From Bdellovibrio sp. ZAP7 (lineage in GTDB: Bacteria; Bdellovibrionota; FAC87; UBA2466): a stretch of 64,000 bases of DNA. The position numbers were made by a program, and so were the translations under genes. The stretch's first letter is position 1; every line of letters begins with the position of its first letter. This document shows positions 19,107 to 28,831 of this stretch, piece by piece. The DNA lies in the NCBI GenBank assembly GCA_945878405.1, contig CAMCTJ010000005.1, forward strand, positions 22,350 to 86,349, written 5' to 3'. Below the pieces are notes generated by a model. The model was given only the letters and a program-made list of their open reading frames with translations, was not told the DNA's origin and did not search any database.

Positions 19107-20300
19107 CTATTGTTTGTAGCCCTCGACGTCCACACTGATTGCGCCACAGGGGATGATTGACCCATCCGCAGGATTGGTCATTGATCCAGAGAGAGTTCCA
19201 GCAAGTGTTCCCGTCAGAAGGCATCCATCATCTGAAATGGTAAAGTTACCAGTGAGAGTGCCGGTGCATCCACCTGTCCAGGTCATGGAAGCATTGGTTA
19301 CTGTTCTTCCAGTAATCGTTCCGTTTACCGCACCATTGGCATTGCTTGAGCCATTCCAAGTTCCACTTAATGCTCCACCGGTTTGGAGCAGAGTCGCGGT
19401 AAAGTCTTCGCTCAGGTCAACTGTTCCTCCCGAGGTCGTCATACTCCCTATTAAATTTGCGTCAAAGGTGCCCGCAAATGGACTATTCGTATCTCCGCAG
19501 GTGTCCGAGGGAATCGTGTCTCCGTTAATGGGGGGGAAACCACTGCCATCTTGGAAAAACGGGCTATTGACATTGATTATCCCCGAATACGAAAGCGTTC
19601 GTAAATTTTTTGAAGCACAAGCGGGAGACCAATTAACTGCTAAGGTGTTTTTTCTGGCGGCAGGATCTAGGGGAACCACTCGCCCTGTTACGGGCTCATC
19701 ACAGATGTCAAACTCAATACTTAAACGGTAGAGATATTTTTTGGGAGCTGTTGAACCCAATCTCTCTAAAGTTACTTGAGGATCTGTCTCAGCCACAATC
19801 GGCACCGAAGTTTCAGCATTGTTTTTAAAAAAGTCTACGGTCAAAAGCCCCTTTGGATAGTGATAGGTTTTTCCATTTGCAGGATAATTATTATAGTAAG
19901 GTTCCTGACCAATTTGCGATGGTTGAATGGCCCTAGGACATGCTTGCCCTGCAGGTAAAAGGTAAGCATCGAGTGTGTATTTCCCATTGGTAGGCGCATC
20001 TTTGGTAGCACAAGGCGTTCCATTGGCTGACTCAAGAGGATGAGCAGGGAGTCCGTTGGCTTCGGGATATCTTGCCGCAAGCTGAAGATCATTCATAATT
20101 TGAGAAACCCAGGGATTTAAAAGCGCATTGAACTGCTGCCTGTTCCAAAGTTTTCTTGCTGTATTTTTTTGGCTAATCACGGCTTGCATTGAAAGTGCGA
20201 GCATGAGGGTGGAGGCACTAGAGATGCCCAGAATGGCTAAAAGAACAGCCATACCTCTTTGTTTTTTCCAGATTTTAACCATTGGCCAATAGTTTACCAC
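19107..20300 (-). CDS. pilX: type IV pilus assembly protein PilX-like, extended (397 aa) with T/G/S-rich C-terminal region
   Basis: N-terminus KKQRGMAVLLAILGISSASTLMLALSMQAV matches the PilX_N pattern. C-terminal repeats GTLTGNFT/GTLAGTLSGS. Confidence 0.5.
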   Translation of the reverse strand: MVNYWPMVKIWKKQRGMAVLLAILGISSASTLMLALSMQAVISQKNTARKLWNRQQFNALLNPWVSQIMNDLQLAARYPEANGLPAHPLESANGTPCATKDAPTNGKYTLDAYLLPAGQACPRAIQPSQIGQEPYYNNYPANGKTYHYPKGLLTVDFFKNNAETSVPIVAETDPQVTLERLGSTAPKKYLYRLSIEFDICDEPVTGRVVPLDPAARKNTLAVNWSPACASKNLRTLSYSGIINVNSPFFQDGSGFPPINGDTIPSDTCGDTNSPFAGTFDANLIGSMTTSGGTVDLSEDFTATLLQTGGALSGTWNGSSNANGAVNGTITGRTVTNASMTWTGGCTGTLTGNFTISDDGCLLTGTLAGTLSGSMTNPADGSIIPCGAISVDVEGYKQ

Positions 20301-20321
20301 AGGTGATAAACTAGCTTTTCA

Positions 20322-21488
20322 ATGTCTGTTTTTAGAAAACAAAAGGGCGTTACTTTAATTGAACTGCTCATCGCTTCTACCATCGGATTGGTTGTTTTTT
20401 TGGCCAGCATGCAATACCAACAAATGGTTTACAAAGAGGTAAAAAAGACGAGCGATACTGCAGCCATCATGGCTGAGCACACTGCTCTTAACTCGTTAGT
20501 TTCAGCGATTCCATTGAGCGAGGCTTTTTCCGTTTTTTGTGGCAGTTTGAAGCATCCTTACGGGAAGTATACTAAGTACAAGGACGGTTCTGATGGATGC
20601 GAAGCCGTTTCCGGGCAAACGATCAACTCAGCAAAGCTCTCGGCCTGGGATCAACTATCTACAAGTTATTTCGATTTTGCTTGGGGAGAAGATAATCGAA
20701 GAGGAGAGATTGCCTCAAGCTTAAACAGGGCTACCTTTGATACAAATGTTGCCCCAAAACTTGACACTGCTGGTTGTCTTGATTGTCACATAGCTGGCGG
20801 TACAGCGACAGTGTTAAATCCAGACAACTTATTGACTCCTTTAGGTTTAGGAACTTCTTTTGGGCGAAGACTTTTGCGCTCCGAAATGTCATTTCCAAGC
20901 ATTCGCGATCCGAGTCGTTATCAAGTGACTCACACTTTGCGTTTCATTTCAAATCACCGAAGTATTCAAACGATTGTGGGAAGTTTCGATGATTTTGGTT
21001 GTTTTCCTGCAGTTTTAGAAAAGGCTAATTGCACAGTAACAGGTACGGGGAGCGGGTGTCGGTCGAAAAGTGCTGCTGGTTGTTCTAAACCTGCTTGTCC
21101 CAGTGGAATGAAATACCCGGATGTCCGTCAATGTGTCTGTACTCAAACGCGGAAAGATAAAAAAGGTAACGTGACCTGTGTCCAATATAAAACTACCTGG
21201 AATTGTTGGAAGCAAGACCCAAATCTAAACACATCAAATGCTCATTGCCCTCATGGAGAAATCAAGACAACCCCACCTGTTTTTAGCCTCGATCGAACGA
21301 ACTGCTTACCTCGATATCCTGGCGCCGGAACTTACCAGTACTGGAGTAAGTGGAGCTGTCAGCAGCCAAATTCAGCTTATGCAAACCAGCAAAAACGTTG
21401 GGATGTAACTTATGAGCTGGAAAGTCGGTGGACAAGCATTGAGGACCCCCTTCCCCGAAGAATGCTAACAACAGGGGCACTCAAATGA
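20322..21488 (+). CDS. PilW-like minor pilin (prepilin-type N-terminal cleavage/methylation domain) with large Cys-rich C-terminal domain
   Basis: KQKGVTLIELLIASTIGLVVF motif. 388 aa. At least 14 Cys in the C-terminal 180 aa. Confidence 0.55.
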   Translation: MSVFRKQKGVTLIELLIASTIGLVVFLASMQYQQMVYKEVKKTSDTAAIMAEHTALNSLVSAIPLSEAFSVFCGSLKHPYGKYTKYKDGSDGCEAVSGQTINSAKLSAWDQLSTSYFDFAWGEDNRRGEIASSLNRATFDTNVAPKLDTAGCLDCHIAGGTATVLNPDNLLTPLGLGTSFGRRLLRSEMSFPSIRDPSRYQVTHTLRFISNHRSIQTIVGSFDDFGCFPAVLEKANCTVTGTGSGCRSKSAAGCSKPACPSGMKYPDVRQCVCTQTRKDKKGNVTCVQYKTTWNCWKQDPNLNTSNAHCPHGEIKTTPPVFSLDRTNCLPRYPGAGTYQYWSKWSCQQPNSAYANQQKRWDVTYELESRWTSIEDPLPRRMLTTGALK

Positions 21489-22180
21489 AAAAAAAGATAT
21501 TCGGTTTTACACTCATCGAAATGCTGATTGTCGTGGCCCTTGTCTCGACTTTAGGCGTGGGAATACTTGCTTTCCTACGAAAAAGTTCAAATGAAAAAGG
21601 TGCTTCCCAAATGCGAATGCAAGCTGAATTAGCCGGGGAAGCTCAATCCATTATTTATGAAGTAAAAACTCTTTTTAATCGTTCCCGTGATTTTCTCTAT
21701 ACCGCAGGAACGGGAAGTGGGCAGGGCGCTCTGGTCTTACAATCAGATATGCGAGCATGCGATGTATTTGATCCTTCTACCAGTTCGTCCAACTTCACTT
21801 CGGTGGGGATTCTCTGTTGTGGGCCAAACACTACCCTAACTGCAGATAAGCCAGGTGGGGGAACTATTTCTTTAACTTCTGCTTGTGATAAAGATTGGGG
21901 CCTCAGTATTTTCGAGTTTGATGGCTCTGGTAATCCAAAGAGATCAACTTGCAAAAGAAACATTGCCGAGATGCACGTATTTAAAATTGGTAGTGATACG
22001 GTTCGAAATAGAACCAGCGCTGCAGATATCATCAATATCGATTTTGTAGGAAAAACTGCCCTCCAATCAGATGGTACGTGGAATCCCCGGGTTAAAAGTT
22101 TGTATTTTCAATTAGTCACTTCACCGGGAAACATCGACGGTGCCCCTCTAGTGACTTGTTCGAGAGTGGGACTTTTTTAA
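21485..22180 (+). CDS. PilV/FimT-like minor pseudopilin (prepilin N-terminal methylation domain)
   Basis: KIFGFTLIEMLIVVALVSTLGV motif. ATGA overlap with the upstream pilin gene. Confidence 0.55.
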   Translation: MKKKIFGFTLIEMLIVVALVSTLGVGILAFLRKSSNEKGASQMRMQAELAGEAQSIIYEVKTLFNRSRDFLYTAGTGSGQGALVLQSDMRACDVFDPSTSSSNFTSVGILCCGPNTTLTADKPGGGTISLTSACDKDWGLSIFEFDGSGNPKRSTCKRNIAEMHVFKIGSDTVRNRTSAADIINIDFVGKTALQSDGTWNPRVKSLYFQLVTSPGNIDGAPLVTCSRVGLF

Positions 22181-22266
22181 GAAAAACCTCTTGGTTTTGG
22201 TGCGTCTGGCCATAACACAACTGAACTTTTGCCTGAAAACGTCCGAAAAGGGAAGTAGGAGAGCAG

Positions 22267-22611
22267 ATGCCTCTTATAAACCCCGTTTACGGACTTCCCA
22301 TTTATACGGTTGATAGACTGTCTGAGTCTGAGGGCAGAAATCGCCAGCGTGATCGCAAAAAAGATCAAAAAGAGGAAGAACCCAACTCTGAAAAAGCTTT
22401 GGCAGAAGACAAGTCCTCTTCTTCGGAAGGGGACTTGTCGATTCCGGATTCAGAATCCAGTCAAGCGCTTGACACTGAAACGGTGGTTAAGCTCCTTGAT
22501 ACTCAGCTGAAAAATCAAAATCAATCTGAAAACAATACGTTAAACGTTTCAAACCGCTACGGTCATGTCAAAAATCTAACAGATTCCTCGAAACTAAATC
22601 GAGAGATCTGA
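22267..22611 (+). CDS. hypothetical acidic low-complexity protein upstream of fliD
   Basis: 114 aa, charged K/E/S-rich. Occupies the position of flaG/flgM but lacks their conserved C-terminal motifs. Confidence 0.3.
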   Translation: MPLINPVYGLPIYTVDRLSESEGRNRQRDRKKDQKEEEPNSEKALAEDKSSSSEGDLSIPDSESSQALDTETVVKLLDTQLKNQNQSENNTLNVSNRYGHVKNLTDSSKLNREI

Positions 22612-22721
22612 AGCGCCACGCTTTGAAAGAATTTCAATTTCGCTTATACTTAAGATCAAGTTCACTTCACTCCACGTTAATCAACTAATCATCAATTTAT
22701 TTACTGTTTGCAGGAGGCCGC

Positions 22722-24116
22722 GTGCCTGATCTCAGTGTGGATCAAAATCAGGTATCTGGATTAAGTCCCGAGTTTGCTCGTGCTTACCAAGTATCGGTTC
22801 AAGCTGAGCGAAAACCGATTCAGGCCCTTGAACAACAAAAAGAAAAACTCCAAGAAAAAGTAAATCTCCTTCAAGACTTAGTTTCCAGAGCGGATGGCCT
22901 TCGCCAGATACTCCCCAGTTTAGGGACTCCGTTTGCGATGCGAGAAATTTCTTTTACTTCTGATGATCCCAAGGTCATCACAGGGACCGCCGATAAAAGT
23001 ATTGCCGATATCGGTAAACATGACCTTGAGATAAGCCAGCTGGCTTCAGGTCCTAGTGCACTTACCAATCGTTTTCCCGACCCAAATGAAACCCACATTG
23101 GTACGGGGTACCTCACTTTTAATACAAAAAATGGCGATACCCAGGAAATTTTCATTGATTATGATAACTCGACTCTTGAGGGAATTGCTCGCTCCGTTAA
23201 TCAAGCAAAAATGGGGTTAACTGCCTCGGTAGTTAATGATGTCAGTGATCCCGAGAATAGTTATCGACTTCTCATTTCATCCTCACAAGTGGGGGCACAA
23301 AATGACGTCAATTATCCCGAATTTTATTTCTCGGGAGGAGAAGAAGACTTTTTTATCGAAGAAAAAAAGGACGCCGGTAATGCCGTCATCAAGTATCGTG
23401 GTGTTCAAGTAGAAAGTCCTACAAATGAAATTAAAGATCTTATCCCGGGTGCCGTATTAAATTTGAAGGGTGTGACCGATTCGGGAAGACCGATCACAGT
23501 TACCCTGGAGCAGGATGTCCCGCAAACGACGGTCAAAGTAAAAGACTTGGTAGATAAAACAAATCAAATCCTCGGTTTCATACAGGAACAAAACGCGGTT
23601 GATGAAAAAACGGATACGAGCAGAACTCTTGGTGGCGACTACGCCCTCCGTTTAGCTGAAGAACGGATTCGTTCAGCCCTTAGGGAAAATTTTCTAGGAC
23701 AGCCGGGAAGAAGTGTTCAAGCGCTTTCCGATATTGGAATCCAAATGACTAGAAAAGGCACACTTACTTTCGACGAGAAAAAATTCACAGCGGCACTTGA
23801 GAAAAACTTTGATGACGTTGTGGCACTCATTAGTGGTGATGGAACCAGCTTCGGTGTCATTCCAAAGCTTGGCCGAGCCATTGCCTCTCTATCTGCGCCC
23901 GGCACAGGTCTTCTCAGTAGCCAGAAAAAGAACTTTGATAACCAGATTCAGACAATCAATAAGAATATCGATCGCACAGAAAAAATAGCAGAGGCGAAGG
24001 CAAAATCACTAAAAGAATCTCTTTCCCGAGCCCAAGCGGCAGTTCAGGCCCTTCAGAGCCAGGGTGGGGCCATCGCGAATAGCGTTTCCAGTGCAATCCC
24101 AAGTGTTAACTCTTAA
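22722..24116 (+). CDS. fliD: flagellar filament cap protein FliD (hook-associated protein 2)
   Basis: GTG start after GGAGG. N-terminal heptad/coiled-coil typical of FliD. Followed by fliS. Confidence 0.75.
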   Translation: MPDLSVDQNQVSGLSPEFARAYQVSVQAERKPIQALEQQKEKLQEKVNLLQDLVSRADGLRQILPSLGTPFAMREISFTSDDPKVITGTADKSIADIGKHDLEISQLASGPSALTNRFPDPNETHIGTGYLTFNTKNGDTQEIFIDYDNSTLEGIARSVNQAKMGLTASVVNDVSDPENSYRLLISSSQVGAQNDVNYPEFYFSGGEEDFFIEEKKDAGNAVIKYRGVQVESPTNEIKDLIPGAVLNLKGVTDSGRPITVTLEQDVPQTTVKVKDLVDKTNQILGFIQEQNAVDEKTDTSRTLGGDYALRLAEERIRSALRENFLGQPGRSVQALSDIGIQMTRKGTLTFDEKKFTAALEKNFDDVVALISGDGTSFGVIPKLGRAIASLSAPGTGLLSSQKKNFDNQIQTINKNIDRTEKIAEAKAKSLKESLSRAQAAVQALQSQGGAIANSVSSAIPSVNS

Positions 24117-24141
24117 TGAAGCGAATGATAGGTGAAAACTG

Positions 24142-24540
24142 ATGCAGAATAAAAAAAATCCCTTTGGTGCCTATACTAAGACAGGTGTGATTACCGCCAG
24201 CCGTGAGAAAATTCTCATGATGCTCTACGACGGAGCCATTAGGTTTTTGAAGATGGCTATCGCTGCAAGTGATTCTAAAAACCTGCCCGAAAAAAATCTT
24301 TATGTCGGCAAGACAATGGATATCGTCAACGAACTTCGAGCTTCTCTTAATCATAAGGAGGGCCAGGATGTCGCTGCTAATCTAGAGGGACTCTACGAAT
24401 TTATACAGGATAGGCTTTTAAAGGGCAGTATCGGGAGTGATCCCAATTCACTCAATGAAGCTTTGGGAATTCTCAATACGCTACGAACGGCTTGGGATGA
24501 CGCGATTCAGAGTTTGAAACAACCAGCAGAAGCAAAATAA
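24142..24540 (+). CDS. fliS: flagellin-specific export chaperone FliS
   Basis: AYTKTGVITASREKILMMLYDGAIRFL is the FliS signature. 132 aa. Confidence 0.85.
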   Translation: MQNKKNPFGAYTKTGVITASREKILMMLYDGAIRFLKMAIAASDSKNLPEKNLYVGKTMDIVNELRASLNHKEGQDVAANLEGLYEFIQDRLLKGSIGSDPNSLNEALGILNTLRTAWDDAIQSLKQPAEAK

Positions 24541-24557
24541 GAAAAACGGGGGAAACC

Positions 24558-24992
24558 ATGGAAGAAGTAGTTCAGTATCTTGAAATGAAAAATCATTACT
24601 ATGAAAAGTTTTACACGGTAACTCAGAAGTTCCTGGACCAAATTGCTCGAAATGACTGGACCAATCTCGATTTCTTTGTCGATAGCAGAGAAAGGATTTT
24701 GAACATCATTCGATCTTTTGATGCAAAGATAGCTCATGTGGTGGAAAGAGCTAAAAGCTCCGTTAATCCCGAGGTTGCCGATAAGAATGTTGTGAAGAAA
24801 GTTTTAGATGAAAGAAAAAAGCTGGGGGATAAAATCCTTGAATTGGATCTCCAGTTGATTTCGGCGATTGATGACTACAAAAATGAAACGATTCGCGAGC
24901 TAAAGAAGACAGTTGAAACACAACAGCAAATTGACGCATTCGAAAAGAACACCCCAACACCAAAGACGACATCTCGAGTCGGAAAAGCCTAG
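24558..24992 (+). CDS. hypothetical protein in FliT position (possible flagellar chaperone)
   Basis: 144 aa, helical, immediately after fliS. No motif. Confidence 0.3.
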   Translation: MEEVVQYLEMKNHYYEKFYTVTQKFLDQIARNDWTNLDFFVDSRERILNIIRSFDAKIAHVVERAKSSVNPEVADKNVVKKVLDERKKLGDKILELDLQLISAIDDYKNETIRELKKTVETQQQIDAFEKNTPTPKTTSRVGKA

Positions 24993-25129
24993 AAAACGAC
25001 AAAAAAATGACGAGCTTTTTGAAAAACTGACGTACCGTTATCTCACCTGGCACGAATCAGTCAGTAATTCCTAGGGATCTGTGAAGTCTAAGATGGCATA
25101 GCACTTGCTCTCTAAGCTTCATAACCCGT

Positions 25130-26188
25130 ATGGAATTCAACCACCTTACAAATTCTATAGAAAATACCCCCTTCTTTGCGTTGATGTCTGATGCCGAGCA
25201 GATACAGGTGCAAGAAGTCGTAGAAGGGGTATCTTCTCAGAGCGGCGAAAAGTCGTTCTTAGTCAAGATTCGTCCACGACCTAATTCCCACGTCACTAAA
25301 AATGAGTCTGAGCTCCTGGCCAATGCACAACTTCTTCTCGCCAGCGGCGATTATCTACTGGCTCGAAACTTGTTTAGTTTTATCCTCCGAAAAAATTTGA
25401 GAGATGAAAAGGCCATGGACGGTTTAGGAGTCTGCTTCCTCAGACTCAAAGAAACGGTAGCAGCCAAAAAGTGTTTTAAGGCACTCTGGGAAATGCATCG
25501 AAGAAGTAAATATGCTGTTTATCTAGGAATGTGCTATCTGGCTGAGGAAAACGATGAAGCAGCTTTCTCCCTTTTCCAGCAAGTAGTGGATGAAACCTCC
25601 TTAGAGCCAGATCTCAAATTCGATTTTCAAAAAGCCTACGGAAATCTTTTGATGGCAAAAGAACGTTGGAATGAAGCGGAACAACGCTACTTAAAAGCGC
25701 TGCAATGGGTTCCGGAATCGGCCGCAGTTCTCGTGAATCTTGGAACCCTCGAAGTCCAAAGAAAAAATCATAGCAAAGCCGACGGCTATTTTAAAAAGGC
25801 ATTGGTTTTGGAACCAAACAATTCACGAGGGCATTTCGGAGTGGGGCTTGTGCAATGGGAAAACAATAATGCACAAGGGGCTATGGACAGTTTTGAAAAG
25901 GCTTTGGACTGCGATAGTAGAAATGGGTTAGCCCTCCGATATTTAATAAAGATCCAGGAAAACAGTTCAAGCAAGGAACAACTTAAAAAACGAATGTATC
26001 GATTCTTAGAGCAAGAGCCAAACAACGGAGAGATCAGATTCCAACTTGCGAGAATTCTGATGCAGGAAAATAGATTTGGTGAGGCCTCTGAGCAAGCGGA
26101 CAAAGCCTTGCGTCTGTTACCACAAGACGAGCGCATTCAAAGTCTTAAAAAAATACTTATTCAAAATCGGCATTGGGGGGCGACATGA
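25130..26188 (+). CDS. tetratricopeptide-repeat protein
   Basis: Multiple A/L/Y-spaced 34-aa repeats (ALEPNN..., ALDCDS...). Confidence 0.6.
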   Translation: MEFNHLTNSIENTPFFALMSDAEQIQVQEVVEGVSSQSGEKSFLVKIRPRPNSHVTKNESELLANAQLLLASGDYLLARNLFSFILRKNLRDEKAMDGLGVCFLRLKETVAAKKCFKALWEMHRRSKYAVYLGMCYLAEENDEAAFSLFQQVVDETSLEPDLKFDFQKAYGNLLMAKERWNEAEQRYLKALQWVPESAAVLVNLGTLEVQRKNHSKADGYFKKALVLEPNNSRGHFGVGLVQWENNNAQGAMDSFEKALDCDSRNGLALRYLIKIQENSSSKEQLKKRMYRFLEQEPNNGEIRFQLARILMQENRFGEASEQADKALRLLPQDERIQSLKKILIQNRHWGAT

Positions 26189-26709
26189 AAGAAATCCTAT
26201 TAGAACAAGAACTCGATCAGAATCCTACTCTTAACCCCCCCACTGGGGACTGGAACACCTTAAATGAGACGATTGCCCCAGTTAACGCCCCTTTGGCCCG
26301 AACCGATCTTTCCATTTGGGCCGAATCTGGTTTGGATATCGCCTTAACCTGCGTGGAAAGAGTTAAGGGCAGTCTGATTCGATCGGCTGAGTTGTTTAGG
26401 GAAGAAGACAGCGTTCGTGCTAATCGTTTCTTTCTCCAATGTGTTGAGGGGCTTCAAAGATTTATGGAAGCGATTCGTAATACTAAGTCCGCAATGCAAT
26501 TAGACTTTACCAAAATCCCAACAGACATGGGAAATCTCTCAGATACTGAAAAGAGTCTTCTGTTTATTCTTAAAGGGATGTTTCAAAATCAAGAGAGAAA
26601 AGAATACGAAGAAATCGCGGATAAGATTGAATACGAGCTTTTAACTAATTTAAGTGCATGGACCGGTGCCTTAGGCGCGCTTCGCAATTCTTTAGTTGGA
26701 CGCAACTAG
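26173..26709 (+). CDS. hypothetical protein
   Basis: 178 aa. Overlaps the TPR gene end by 16 nt. No motif. Confidence 0.3.
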   Translation: MGGDMKEILLEQELDQNPTLNPPTGDWNTLNETIAPVNAPLARTDLSIWAESGLDIALTCVERVKGSLIRSAELFREEDSVRANRFFLQCVEGLQRFMEAIRNTKSAMQLDFTKIPTDMGNLSDTEKSLLFILKGMFQNQERKEYEEIADKIEYELLTNLSAWTGALGALRNSLVGRN

Positions 26710-27792
26710 AATTTGAATCGATGCACCCTCTGGAGGAGCCGATCTAAATACCACTTCATTGGTAGCAGTATCGAAGGTCCAAGGAATACTTAGAGACTCA
26801 CCCGCTCTGGAAGTAACGCTCACCCTTAATAAAGAAGCACTGCTGACGTTTTGCTCTACCTTAAAGCGAGTCGCAAGTGTCTTTAATCGAAGCCCTGACA
26901 GATCGATTTTTGAAGAAAAAGATGAGCAAAGATCTGCTGTATCCCCTTTAAGCTTAGTAGCTAACCTGAAGTATCGGTTCTGAAACCAAGGACTTCCATC
27001 TGCCCGGGTCGCGCCTGTTCCTGCCTTATCGATATCTGCGTTGTTTCGAGTGGCACATCTAACATCGCTCGTACTGATTGAAGAAGTAAGAGGCACGTAA
27101 TTAATCGAGTAAGCTTTTACCAGTTCCTCTTTACCGCCCTTCAAACTCAGAATTTGAGCAGCAAAAAAATCTACTGAATCTTGAGAAGTAACCGAACTAA
27201 AATTTGAAAAGTCATCGCCATCAGAGATAAATACCAAAACCAAGGGAACCCCAGCTCGAGGTTTAAAATGATTGTTTAGCGAGAGCAGCGTAGCTGCCAT
27301 TCCGGTATTTTCCGCGCCAGTCTGTAAGTTAATAATCTGCGATAAGAGAGTTTCAAAAACATTCAATCTTTCGGCTAACGATCCCGTTTTTTTAGTCAGA
27401 ATCGTACCTGCGGGGCGGAGAGCTCCTCGGTTTCTCAGCGTATCCATGGTGGTGATGCCCATTTGATAATTACTCGGGATGCTATCTAGTCTTACGAAAA
27501 AGTTGGAAGCTTCACTCACTAAATGATCTCTCACCAAAGTCATCGGCGAACGATCATCTAAAACCCAAAGAATATCTAAATAAGGAGGATTCAGGTCTTG
27601 AACAATAAATTGAGAGCTGCCAGAGGCAAGGAAAGATTCCTTTTGCGAACAGGATGAGAGAGCAATCACTGTCCCCAGCAATAGGACAGATAAAACTGCA
27701 AAACTGGCTTCTTTAACATTTTTGAAACTGATTATCGTTTTCAAGCTTCTCTCCCTGCTCCAAAACGCACCGAGCGTTTCCCTGCACCCCAT
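26692..27792 (-). CDS. vWA-like lipoprotein with degenerate MIDAS
   Basis: Lipobox ...VIALSSC. ILWVLDDRSPM...VLVFISDGDD resembles a von Willebrand A fold, but DxSxS is replaced by DDRSP. The ORF track extends to 27903; the start is uncertain. Confidence 0.4.
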   Translation of the reverse strand: MGCRETLGAFWSRERSLKTIISFKNVKEASFAVLSVLLLGTVIALSSCSQKESFLASGSSQFIVQDLNPPYLDILWVLDDRSPMTLVRDHLVSEASNFFVRLDSIPSNYQMGITTMDTLRNRGALRPAGTILTKKTGSLAERLNVFETLLSQIINLQTGAENTGMAATLLSLNNHFKPRAGVPLVLVFISDGDDFSNFSSVTSQDSVDFFAAQILSLKGGKEELVKAYSINYVPLTSSISTSDVRCATRNNADIDKAGTGATRADGSPWFQNRYFRLATKLKGDTADLCSSFSSKIDLSGLRLKTLATRFKVEQNVSSASLLRVSVTSRAGESLSIPWTFDTATNEVVFRSAPPEGASIQILVASN

Positions 27793-27995
27793 TTTGCAAG
27801 CCAAAGTCCAGCTCGGGTTATCGTATAAGTACATGAAATGTAGATGGTTTTTTAGGTGATCTCGGTGGGTGTAGACCGAGAGAGCCTGTAATTTTGTATA
27901 CACAGAAGACCAACTTGGGCCCTTTCACATTTATTTCAAAATAGAGTTCTTAACTAAAATAACGCGCCGCCGATAAGCCCAGTTGAGAGGTATTT

Positions 27996-28580
27996 ATGAG
28001 CGCTTTAAATCGGTTTGCTTTAAGTTTTGGAATGGGGGCCCTTTGGTTTTTAAGTCAGTGGGTTCAGCCCGCTTATGCTGAGTACTACCAAAGCTCGAGC
28101 ACCAAATCCGTTGGTCGTTGGGGGATTCAAGCTCAACGGTTTAAAGGGGGGAACACCGATAGCGGAACTCAAGGATTAATGCTGGGTTTTCGAAGCAGTC
28201 GGTATCTCTATAAAGGGTTTAGCTTGGGAATTGAAGCAGTCGCGGGAGCTCCCGAAGACGGTTCCATCGTAGACAATAATCTCTTGTACACTGGTTTGAC
28301 TCTCGGATGGGATCAAAGCTTCTTTAAAATTCTTACCTATGAAATGAACGTCTTAGTAGGGTACGGCTATGGAAAAAGCAGTAATTTGGGTGTTTCCGGA
28401 GATGGCTTTACGATTCAACCACAGCTCGGTTTAGGTTTTGTTTTGGTTAATGGATATCGAATCACTTTTGCTCCCGGATATTTGTATATGCCCAGAACCA
28501 ATGGGTTTAGCGGTTTTACTTTCAGCATTCGCTTTGATCGAAAATCAGAGGACGGGCCTTCAAAGCCTGTGAATAATTAA
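27996..28580 (+). CDS. small outer-membrane beta-barrel protein
   Basis: Signal peptide ending AYA. Alternating hydrophobic pattern. C-terminal FTFSIRF. Confidence 0.45.
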   Translation: MSALNRFALSFGMGALWFLSQWVQPAYAEYYQSSSTKSVGRWGIQAQRFKGGNTDSGTQGLMLGFRSSRYLYKGFSLGIEAVAGAPEDGSIVDNNLLYTGLTLGWDQSFFKILTYEMNVLVGYGYGKSSNLGVSGDGFTIQPQLGLGFVLVNGYRITFAPGYLYMPRTNGFSGFTFSIRFDRKSEDGPSKPVNN

Positions 28581-28681
28581 GAGGCTGTCAAAACTTTAGA
28601 CAACTCTCCAAAACCTCATCAAAAAGAGGGAGTCCTCTAGCCGAGAATACGCTGGTCTTCAGTTTGCACCCTATAAAGGGC

Positions 28682-28816
28682 ATGAGAATCATTTTAATCC
28701 TTAGCCTTCTGGTTCTAGCCTCTTGTGGCCGTGCAAATTCTGGAGGCGCTGATCTCAATAAATGTGCTGTGGTGAACGGAGTTCAATTCTGTTCATTGAT
28801 TGCCTCCCCCAAATAA
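28682..28816 (+). CDS. putative 44-aa Cys-containing micro-lipoprotein (not in ORF track)
   Basis: MRIILILSLLVLASCGRANSGGADLNKCAVVNGVQFCSLIASPK. Lipobox LASC. 4 Cys. In the 250-bp gap before the MFS gene. Confidence 0.25.
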   Translation: MRIILILSLLVLASCGRANSGGADLNKCAVVNGVQFCSLIASPK

Positions 28817-28831
28817 ACTACACTCTCGCGA

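Noticed and set aside
19153-19731. 192-aa plus-strand ORF antisense to pilX-like gene
   Set aside because: Shadow ORF. The P/V-rich translation arises from the complement of the T/G/S-rich codons of the minus-strand gene.
22267-22611. Considered calling the ORF upstream of fliD as FlaG or FlgM
   Set aside because: It lacks the conserved C-terminal FlaG block (..IRQIPPEE..) and the FlgM sigma-28-binding helix. Only positional evidence supports it.
25040-25060. TGGCAC element upstream of the TPR gene as a sigma-54 promoter
   Set aside because: Only the -24 half (TGGCAC) is present. No TTGC(A/T) at the required spacing.
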